From contig NC_047021.1 in NCBI RefSeq assembly GCF_902652985.1, positions 9,238,001 to 9,302,000 of the forward strand: a stretch of DNA of 64,000 nt, written 5' to 3'. The notes beneath the pieces were generated by a model. The model saw nothing but the letters and a program-made list of their open reading frames with translations. It was not told where the DNA came from and made no database searches. The DNA comes from Pecten maximus. Its lineage: Eukaryota. Shown here in pieces: positions 13,009 to 25,000 of this stretch; positions within the stretch are counted from its first letter, which is position 1; every line of letters begins with the position of its first letter. Made by a program: the position numbers and the translations under genes.

Positions 13009-16000
13009 GTAAGTATAGGAAGTCGTCATAGATCCATTAAATGTAAGTACGGGAAATCATCATAGATCCATTAAATGTAAGTACAGGAAATCATCATAGA
13101 TCCATTAAATGTAAGTACAGGAAATCGTCATAGGTCCATAATTAAAAGTAAGTACGAGAAACTGACTTGTAAGAGCCATTAAAAGTAATTGCAGGAAATT
13201 GTCATAGATTCATTAAATGTAAGTACGGGAAACTGTCATAGATCCATTAAAAGTAAGTACGAGAAACTGACATGTAAGAGCCATTAAAAGTAAGTACAGG
13301 AAATTGTCATAGATCCATTAAATGTAAGTACGGGAAACTGTCATATGTAGGAGCCTTTAAAAGTAAGTAGAGAAATCATCATAGATCCATTAAAAGTAAG
13401 TACAGGAAGTCGTCATAGATCCATTAAATGTAAGTACAGGAAGTCGTCATAGATCCATTAAATGTAAGTACAGGAAGTCGTCATAGGTCCATTAAAAGTA
13501 AGTACAGGAAGTCGTCATAGGTCCATAATTAAAAGTAAGTACGAGAAGCTGACTTGTAAGAGCCATTAAAAGTAATTGCAGGAAATTGTCATAGATTCAT
13601 TAAATGTAAGTACGGGAAACTGTCATAGATCCATTAAAAGTAAGTACGAGAAACTGACATGTAAGAGCCATTAAAAGTAAGTACAGGAAATTGTCATAGA
13701 TCCATTAAATGTAAGTACGGGAAACTGTCATATGTAGGAGCCTTTAAAAGTAAGTAGAGAAATCATCATAGATCCATTAAAAGTAAGTACAGGAAGTTGT
13801 CATAGATCCATTAAATGTAAGTACAGGAAGTCGTCATAGATCCATTAAAAGTAAGTACGGGAAGTCGTCATAGATCCATTAAAAGTAGATACAGGAAATC
13901 ATCATAGATCCATTAAAAGTAAATATGGTAAATCGCCAAAGGACATTTAAAAGTAAGTAAGGAAATCTTTTTGTCATAGAACTATTCAAAATGTCCATTA
14001 AATATATAGTACAACCAATCATCTGCATTTGAAATTTTGTGGGGCAATAGTAAATAATGGCTATAATTTTGACCATTAAATGTATTATAGTTAACATCAA
14101 TTGGTTGTGATTACCAGTCACTTACTCAAGCCCTTAAACTTTAAATGAGACATGGGGACATTGCCTTGTTGGTCTGCATTCAAGCATGCTTTCTTTTTCA
14201 AAAGATTTTGGTACTTGATTTTACATCATTTGATCTGATAAAATGTGGTAAGTGTTGAATGCACAAAGAGTAGAAATAACTTCAGTAAATATGTACTTGA
14301 TTCTGGTGAATCTTGGTCAGTAACTACAGCCTGAGATTATAGGTAAAATTTTAAAATTGTATTTATGTCAATTGTTTGTGTTAAGCTTAAGAAAACATGA
14401 AGGGAGGTAACCCTGTACATTTTATGATTTAGAAAACAGGCAAAGGGAGGTAATCACTGTACACACTGTACAGTATCCAAGTTTGCTATATATTACATTT
14501 TATAAAATAAATAGTGGTGGAGTTTTAATGCCATAGCACCTTCCATTGGCTTGGTTGCTATGACCCTGTTTTCGGTGTCCCAGATCTGTGATTTCAAAAG
14601 TTCAATGTGGTCAACTTGGCCTGGTTCGATTTTAGATTTGATCATATATATATATGAACTGTAGATAATGTCATTCCTCACCTTATACCATACAGATTAA
14701 TAGAATCTTTCACCCCCTTGGGGTGATACAGAGGAATCTCAACACGAGGGGAAGATTCCCTCGTCTCACTTTTACCCTCTTATGTATCTAATATTGATGT
14801 TACATAAATGCAAGGGAATGTTGACGTGACATGATGGTACTGTTGACATGACGAAATACAATTGTTGAGAATGTGAAAAGAGCATGTGTAGCTTGTCTTT
14901 TCCCTAGGATGAGATAAGAAAATCTCACCCTGGGAAAACTGCAGATATCTCTGTCCATGGTAAGAGATATCTGCAGAAGTGAAAATGTCATACCTCACCT
15001 TATAACATACAGATAATGTCATACCTCACCTTATAACATACAGATAATGTCATACATCACCTTATAACATTATACAATTATTGCCCTTGTTCCGGGTTGA
15101 CATGAATATTTGACCACCCGAGAGGTGTCATGTCACCCGAGGGCGTAGCCAGAGGGTGACATGACACCTCAAGGGTGGGCAAATATTCATGTCAACCCGG
15201 AACAAGGGCAGTAATTGTTTTATTATACCGAAAAAAACATAAGTGAATTAATTTTGATATCAATAAGTTTATTTATTACTATCAACAGTTTTTAAGAAAA
15301 AAATTTAAGAGGTACCCCATCGTCTTTCTGGACCCGGCATAACATTCTCCCAGTCGAACTTTCAATGTATGGGCGTCGAAGTTTTCACAATCCTTTGGTC
15401 TAGGCCTACCTGTTGCAGATAGGAAATGTCTAAAGGAATCCACGACCCCATTGATGACCCTTTTGGTGTTTTTAGAATCCTTTTCTTGCAATAATTTCGC
15501 CAATTCCTCCTCTGTTGGCAGACGATAGCGTCCGCCGGCAGCCATTGTTGTTGTCAAGCAGAATACTCGGAACTCCTCTGATTCGACTACTTTTGAAGAC
15601 GTTACGGAAGAGAGTTCCGAGTTGGGGCTCACGAGAGGGTGACATGACGATTTCGGAGGGCTCACGAGAGGGTGACATTATGATATTCAGAGGGTGACAT
15701 GATGTTTCGAAAGCGACAGCAAGTAAATAATGAATTATTTGGAAAGTTGTGGTTGACATAACGAATGTTTTTAATCACGTGACATGGTTTTCACTAATCA
15801 GAAGCTGTGATACAAGTCTGAGGTATAATAATACAGATAATGTCATACCTCACCTTATAACATACAGATAATGTCATACCTCACCTTATAACATACAGAT
15901 AATGTCATACTTCACCTTATAACATACAGATAATGTCATCCCTCACCTTATAACATACAGATGTCATACCTCACCTTATAACATACAGATAATGTCATAC

Positions 16001-19000
16001 TTCACCTTATAACATACAGATAATGTCATCCCTCACCTTATAACATACAGATGTCATACCTCACCTTATAACATACAGATAATGTCATCCCTCACCTTAT
16101 AACATACAGATAATGTCATACCTCACCTTATAACATACAGATAATGTCATACCTCACCTTATAACATACAGATAATGTCATCCCTAGTCTAAAATATCAT
16201 TCTTTGAATTTAACATTGATTCAGGGATTTGAACATTGTCCATAAGAATAGGGAAAAAAAAAAACTTTTTTTTTTTTCTTTTTAAATTTACTCAGGTTTA
16301 ATCTTTAAGAATTGTTTTATATTGTTTTAACATTTATCCCAAGACAAAAAAGAAAAATGCAGAAAACATCTCATTACGCCCATAGCACTTCAGAAAAGGA
16401 ATTCCAATCCATTAGTGAAGACATCATTCTTATAAAACATAGGTGGAGTTTCATTGGGTGGTGACATTAGATATTTTATAGTAAAATGATATTGTACATA
16501 AAATTTTATGACACAGACAATAGAATTGGTGTCCTTGCCAATTTGACCCTTGTTCCATAGCTGACACCCTGGGAGCTGTAAAACCAGGATATTCATATAG
16601 AGAATCATAGCATGGAATCAGAAGGGGAGCATGTTCTCTGTTCAGATCTCATAAAAGGACAGTCTCATATGAGTCAGACCAAGTTAAAATTGCGATGTAT
16701 TATACCAGTTGTTTCAGCATCCAGCCTAGACAGAGGTTTCATACAAAACCTCATCAAAGTTTCCACAGTGAATTTCCAACAATGTTTTTTTTAAATGATT
16801 GCTTTGTCTTGTCTTCATTATTAAAAAACTCGTGACAGACTGGTACTGTTTTAACATGGCTCACAGGTTTGTTTACAGCTTTGTTATAAGAACTTTAAAT
16901 GATATTGTGTGCTCATGTTCCTGGAAAGTATGTATATGAGTAATTGTAATTTTAGGTCACCTTAGATGAAAATCATTCTTCTTGATGACGGCATTTTATT
17001 TCATACTAGTCTATTCCTCAATTTCTTAGATGCTTAGCATCTACATTTAGCCATTTATAGTTGAAGCATTTTGTGGATCTGCATTTTGTGGTTCTTCGCA
17101 AGTATGGTAAGCTCAAAGCTGTACAACCTACAAATATTAGTGACGGTTAACAGGTTCATTTCTTTAACCATGGGTAAGTACCACATTGTAAAGAAATTTG
17201 GTAAAATCAGGGGAAATGTGTTCAATTCTTCATTCAAAAACAAAAACCGTTCAGTTTTCAGTATGTATTCAGGTGGCCGTTAAGGGTTGTTGGCCTCTTG
17301 TATGTATCATTATGTTTTATTGTACATAATGCAGCCTGATGGTTTCTTTCGTTTCTTTCGTTTCTTTCGTCACTGTTAGGAGTCAGTAGCATTAGACGCC
17401 ATGATCTTGTGGAACATCTAGGGTATTTATTTTTTCAGATACATGCTCGTTTGGATAGACATGCTGAGACCTGTGTACTAGTCATCCTAAATTTGTTTCA
17501 TGGAACCTCAATCTTTCATACTCCTGATTTGTTTACAATTCCCTTCATCCTGCAATGGACTGGACTAGATCAATGAAGGGATAATTCATTTAAGATTATT
17601 GGGGGAGGTTCAAATTGCTTATTATATGGAAAAAAGAAAGGAAAATATAACCTTAATCCAATCCATTTTGGGTTCTGTCAGGAATATTTTGTTTCAAAAT
17701 AGACATGTGGGTTATGTGTTTACTATCACAACTTCCTCTGGTTGTCATAGCAAAAACATCCTGGTTCCAGAAGATTTTTTCTCTCTTATCACTCAGGACT
17801 TGGTTGTTTGGGGACGATGCATGTGAAATGTTGAGAGATGTAATAAACCTGACACTTGAAAACAGAGCCAGCTCTGGCTCCAATCAGCCAAAGTATACTC
17901 AGCATAGTGATATCACACTTAAAAGTCCTGAATTATTAAAAAAAAAATGTCTTTTTCAATTTCAAAACATTCAACTATTGTATGGATATAAAGACAAAAG
18001 AATTTGACACAAAAACAACAAGCATATATAGCATTATTATTATAAGTCCTTAAAAATGTTTGCCTTATCCAATGAAGACAATTTCAGATGCCAGATTTTG
18101 GTGTATACATCATGTATTAAAACACTTTTGAAATTTAAATTTGATCAGTTGCCAAGCTTGCAATGATCATGGTGTTTGGTTAAATTTGCATGTTTTTTAT
18201 TATTCCATTGTTCAATATAAGAGAAATGTCATATCAAGAAAGATCAAATACTGAGAAAGAGATAGAGAGAGATGTCATACTAGTTATGAGAAAGAGAGAT
18301 GTCATATTAGTTATGAGAGAGAGAGAGATGTCATATTAGTTATGAGAGAGAGAGAGATGTCATACAGAGAGAGAGAGAGAGATGTCTTACAGAAAGAGAG
18401 AGAGAAAGATGTCATACAGAGAGAGATATACCATACAGAGAGAGATATGTCATACAGAGAGCGATATGTCAAACAGAGAGAGATGTCATACAGAGAGAGA
18501 TACCATACAGAGAAAGAGAGAGATATCATACAGAGAGAGAAAGATGTCATAGGGAGAGAGAGATACCATACAGAGAGAGATGTCATACAGAGAGAGAGAG
18601 AGAGAGATGTCATACAGAGAAAGATGTCATACAGAGAGAGAGAGAGAGAGATGTCATACAGAGAGAGAGATATGTCATACAGAGAGATAAAGATACCATA
18701 CAGAGAGAGAGAGGTCATACAGAGAGAGAGATGTCATACAGAGAGAGATATGTCATACAGAGAGAGAGATGTCATACACAGAGAGATATGTCATACAGAG
18801 AGAGAGAGATGTCATACAGAGAGAGAGATACCATACAGAGAGAGAGATGTCATACAGAGAGAGAAAGATGTCATACAGAGAGAGAAATACCATACAGAGA
18901 GAGAGAGAGAGATGTCATACAGAGAGAGAGATACCATACAGAGAGGGAGAGAGAGAGAGAGGTTGTACAGAGAGAGAGATGTCATACTGTGAGAGAGAGA

Positions 19001-22000
19001 GATGTCATACAGAGAGAGAGGTCATACAGAGAGAGATACCATACAGAGAAAGATGTCATTCAGAGAGAGAGATGTCATACAGAGAAAGATGTCATACAGA
19101 GAGAGAGATACCATACAGAGAGAGATATGTCATACAGAGAGAGAAAGATGTCATACAGAGAGATAAAGATACCATACAGAGAGAGAGAGAGAGAGATGTC
19201 ATACAGAGAGAGAGAAAAGTCATACAGAGAGAGAGATGTCATATCAAAGGAGATATATGTCATATAGAGACAGCAAGAGAAAGATGTCATATAGAGACAG
19301 CAAGAGAAAGATGTCATACAGCGAGAGATGTCATATCAAGAGAGAGATGTCATATCAAGAGAGAGATGTCATATCAAGAGAGAGATGTCATATCAAGAGA
19401 GAGATGTCATAACATGAGAGAGATGTCATATCAAGAGAAAGATGTCATAACAAGAGAAAGATGTCATATCATGAGAGAGATGTCATAACATGAGAGAGAT
19501 GTCATATCAAGAGAGAGAGAGATATACAGAAATGTTGTTCAGAGAGAGAGAGATGTCATAGGGAGAGAAAGATATGTCATATCAAGAGAGAGATATATAT
19601 ATATATATACAGACATGTTGTATAGAGAAGAGATATATATGTCATACCATGATATAACTATAAGGCAATCCTATGTTGGTCCCATTGATGTATGTACTGT
19701 CCTTAAATTACCTTAATTGTATTAATAAGGCATTAAAAAGTAGCAACCAACCATGTTTACTGTTAAGTTTTCAAAAATAAGTTAAATGACCTTGGTACCT
19801 AAGCAAAGTGTCATAAGGTGTCCAAGATTCATCCTGACTTAAAGGATTTTTGCCATCTTAACTTTCTTTTCTATATTTTCAGCTACTCCAGAACCACCAT
19901 CAAGAGTGGAAATCGTAGCATGTTCTGGTCACATGGTCGACCTATCATGGGAAGCCGGAGATGATGGTGGCTCCAAAATAATATCATATCTAACACAATT
20001 CAATACATCTGACAATCCAAACTTTTGGAATAATTATTATGAGGAAATTCAGGGAGATCAAACAACAGGTATTGTGAACTTATCACCGTGGGGAGAATAC
20101 TCGTTTAGACTGTTAGCGAGGAATAGTATCGGGTACAGTGAGCCCAGTCAACCTACACATGCGACATGTATAACACCACCAGACCATCCAGATGGCAATC
20201 CTAGAAATGTCCGCACACTCACGCATAAGAAGAAAAAGCTGATCATCGCATGGATGGTAAGTTTGGCCAAATATTAATTTATGTATTTATCCTCAAACAA
20301 GTGTGAACAAGCCCCCTTCCTAGTGTAAACGTTAACTACCATATATATCCTCAAACAAGCCCCCTTCCTAGTGTAAACGTTAACTACCATATATTTCCTC
20401 AAACAAGCCCCCTTCCTAGTGTAAACGTTAACTACCATATATATCCTCAAACAAGCCCCCTTCCTAGTGTAAACATTAACTACCATATATATCCTCAAAC
20501 AAGCCCCCTTCCTAGTGTAAACATTAACTACCATATATATCCTCAAACAAGCCCCCTTCCTAGTGTAAACGTTAACTACCATATATATCCTCAAACAAGC
20601 CTCCTTCTTAGTGTAAACGTTAACTACCATATATATCCTCAAACAAGCCCCCTTCCTAGTGTAGACATTAACTACCATATATATCCTCAAACAAGCCCCC
20701 TTCTTAGTGTAAACGTTAACTACCGTATTTATTCCCAAACAAGCCCCTTTCTCAGTGTTGAAGTTTAGTTTGGAATTAATCCTCTAGATAAGCTCCCTTT
20801 CCTAGTGTAGAAGCTTAATTAGTACCATATTTATCCTTAGACAATGATCTCCCTCCCCTAAAGTAACAATATGTAATGTAGTATTCAAGTTTGGGAAGCT
20901 TTTTATGTACACCACTTTCAGCTTACCATTTTAAAACCGAGGATTCACCAAAAAAATGTTGACGGTTTTGTTGTTGTTTTGCGGAAAAAGACACTATTTG
21001 ATATATTTGAAGTAACGCCATTGTCAAGTGCAAATTGTAAATAGATATTACCCAAGGTCTTTATACATTGTATGCCAATTCTAAAGTAAATAGATGACAT
21101 GTGTAAATTCTCATAACACAGATAAATCTATGAAAAGATACATAGGAGTGCATAAAACCAGTTAAAAGCTATATACACATCACATATTCTACATGACAAT
21201 CTTGTGCAGTAACCATGGAAACTGCCCTGTCATCAGTTCCTTTTCAGATTCTCTCCGATATCGATAATTCAGAAAATGACATATCGTTTTTGTTATGTCA
21301 TTTTCATTTCCCAAAGTGTAAGGAAGAAAATTAGTGGAAATGAGTTATTACACTTGAAAGTGAAATTGCCTTGAGTAAGTACATCTAGTGCTCTTTGTAG
21401 AGTTCTCTTAATGAAACATCTAATCGCTTTCCCAACTGAAAACCACTTTCTGTTGATAGGGTTTGTATTGTAAGAGCTATAGACACAAGCTTCAGAGCCA
21501 CATTAATTGTCCGAGTTCTCTACAAAATCATACTCCTCATAAGGTTTACATTGTAATGTAACGACATTATAGGGGTGACTATTGGGGTAAAGAAAGCTAT
21601 CATCATATTATCACAATAGTCCAGAGACTAATGTGATACTATTACAATAGATATTTTTTCAGCTTTAAACAATTTTGTTCTACACCAGAAATAAAGCAAA
21701 CTAATCAATTAATTGTATCACAATGCTTTATATCAACGATTGCGTTTTTCATCTGCTAACACCACATCAGGATGATATCCATCTTCAAATTGAGACAATA
21801 AAAAGGTTGGAATGCCTGTATCGCATGACTTAATTTCCTGTTGAACTTTAAACAGTAAGAACATCCCCAAGTAGACAAGACCTAACAGAATCATCCATGT
21901 TAACAGTAGTCTTAAGTATCACTCGCAGAATCATCAGTGTTAACAGTAGACTTAAGTATCGCTTACAGAATCATCAGTGTATCAATTTGTGATTTAAATA

Positions 22001-25000
22001 CTATTTCCATTCTAAATATATTGTGTAAATTTTGTATTGAGAGCTATCCCTGATTTTGACGCTCTTGCAAAAAGGATATACAAACATTTTGGAAAGAGGC
22101 CTGGCATGATAAAAAATTTGCTTTCAAGTTGCTTTCTAAGAGAAAAAATACTGTCGACAGTCAATAGTTTATGGTATTGGCCCATTGTTATTGACAGAAA
22201 AGCTATCGAATACATTGATATTTAAATCTGTCATCACATCACTGCTAAAATCATAATAGTATAGGGATCCACATTGTCCAAATTCTCTCCCAAATTATAT
22301 AATTCCAATTCCTATCAATATTCCCTATCAATATTCCCATCAATATTCCCATGCATCAATAACAAATCAACATAGAAATTTATTCCATTCAAGAGTAAAC
22401 ATCACAGAGGATAAAACATGTTTAATTTAGCTGAGAAATAGCTTCTTTTCTGTTAATGCAGTGTTTGGGTGAAAGTTTGTCCATTTTCCAGATTATCACT
22501 GACATTACTTGAGAATATGAGGTTTGTTAATGTAGACATTTTGTCTACAAGCTACTACATCCCTGTACCAGGCCCCAAACCCACTGCCTCTATTTAATAC
22601 AGCCGGTCGTGGATATTCTAATTCATGCTTGTGAAATGTTAATATTTCAATTGAAGTAAACGTCACTAAGTGATGACTGTTCTAAGGACGCGACTGTAGT
22701 CTGTAAGGGTGGTAGAATGTTATTGAGGTAATTTAGGAAATTTACGGTAGTGATGCTCTGTTCTGTATTCAGAGACACCATGGTGCCACCGATATTAAAA
22801 TAAACATATTTCCATTGCTCCAATTTTGTTCAGTACCCAGTTTAATTTTTTTAGATTTATTATTAAATACACATGTCTACAACAGATCACTCAATGTCCG
22901 GTCTTACTCAGAGCCAATTCAGAGCGCAGTCTCGGTCAGTTTGTTTTTAACAGAAGTTTATACCTCTTATATTTGCTTTTAATCCTTTTATAATTTCTTT
23001 TTCCATTATTGATTTGGGACTTATCAACTATTGAAGCCATTAAGGGCCAAACAACACTATGAAAATAACTGTCTACAAAATTGGTTGAATTATATATAAT
23101 AGGTATGTCCCCATTAACAGATGGACCACTGGCTACAATATGAGTGTAGATCGCATGCAGGAATAGATTTCCGAGAATGTGGTAATTTGTAGAGTACCAT
23201 TCAACAGGGAATTACAATGAATGACATGCAGCAGAAATGTTTATAAAATATGACGGATTCTCTATCTTACCACTCATATTTCTCTGCTGTACAGTGGGAT
23301 TTATTTCCTGCTAGGCATTATAGACCCCTAATTGATGTGATGTTGGGAAACTAAATTGTTCCGAGGACACAGGATTGTAGCTGATAGGAGCGAGCGTATA
23401 GAAACTTGTCTGTAAGCTAAACACTACCTGGAGGAGAAATATTCAAATATCCTTGACTCGTTCTGGTGTCATGTCCAAAATAAATGACAAAAAACCTGTT
23501 TATATCATTTTACAATACAGTTACCATAAAATTAGAGAAATCCTTCCTTTCAAGATCAAATGGTTTCTTCATTCCTTTCTGGTAAAATACAGTCTAGATC
23601 GGATGTTTCCTAAAAATCTATACAGTGTTTCCTATCAGAGAGATTTATACCAACTCTATACACTTCCCCAAATATCCCTAAAGTGTTTTGTGTATATATT
23701 TCAAATTAATATGCTGGAAATTGTGTTCCGAAATTTTTTAGATATCCTTAACAACCACATGTGTACATGTAAGGACACTAGCATGTATAACACATCATCA
23801 TCAATACCAATCAGAGATATAATATATGAGATAATATATAGCTTTAACTCTTAAAAATGTAACCTTTTAAAAACATTTTAACAAAATTCATGTCAAGTTT
23901 GAAAAAAATCTAGTTAGGGTTGAATAAAACGGATCCTGAACATTGACAATTCTATCTCCAACTGTTTATCACATCAGATGTGTCACAATTGTTAGATGGT
24001 ATTTCTGGCAACATATTGAAATAAATACAATAATTGACTAGAAGGCCTTTATATTGCCCTCCAGCTCAGAAATCACAATATACTTTAACCATGGTTTTCC
24101 CTCATTTATTGTTTAAAGGTGTCTCGTAGTGACAGCACACGATATCAGACTGTCCATCGTAAAAATCGAGTTGTGACCGATTCCTTGGTAAATGTCAGAT
24201 GTCTGTGACATTAAACTTACAATCATACGCAATATACTCTTCTTTGTGTTTTATGATGTCTAAAAATGCCTTGATGAGCACTTTTATCATAGTTCATACG
24301 GGGTCATAGGGGTGTGTAGACATCAGAAATAGTGAGGTATAATCAAATCACTTTACCATTAGAGGCTGCTAACGCATTAGATGTACTGATTCCTACACTG
24401 TAGGTGATACAAATGAAATTATCCGGGGTATTCCTGTCTAATACCGATACATTAATCCCAGGGTATTCCTGTCTAATACCGATACATTAATCCCAGGGTA
24501 TTCCTGTCTAATACCGATACATTAATCCCAGGGTATTCCTGTCTAATACCGATACATTAATCCCAGGGTATTCCTGTCTAATACCGATACATTAATCCCA
24601 GGGTATTCCTGTCTAATACCAATACATTAATCACAGGGTATTCCTGTCTTAACGATACATTAATCCTAGGGTATTCCTGTCTAATACCAATACATTAATC
24701 CCAGGGTATACCTGTCTAATACCGATACATTAATCCCAGGGTATTCCTGTCTAATACCGATACATTAATCCCAGGGTATTCCTGTCTAATACCGATACAT
24801 TAATCACAGGGTATTCCTGTCTAATACCAATACATTAATCCCAGGGTATTCCTGTCTTAACGATACATTAATACCAGGGTATTCCTGTCTTAACGATACA
24901 TTAATCCCAGGGTATTCCTGTCTAATACCGATACATTAATACCAGGGTATTCCTGTCTTAACGATACATTAATACCAGGGTACTCCTGTCTTAACGATAC

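Noticed and set aside
18311-19488. RE-rich ORFs resembling SR-type proteins
   Set aside because: They are open in several frames because of the GA satellite, have no splice support and lie within an intron.
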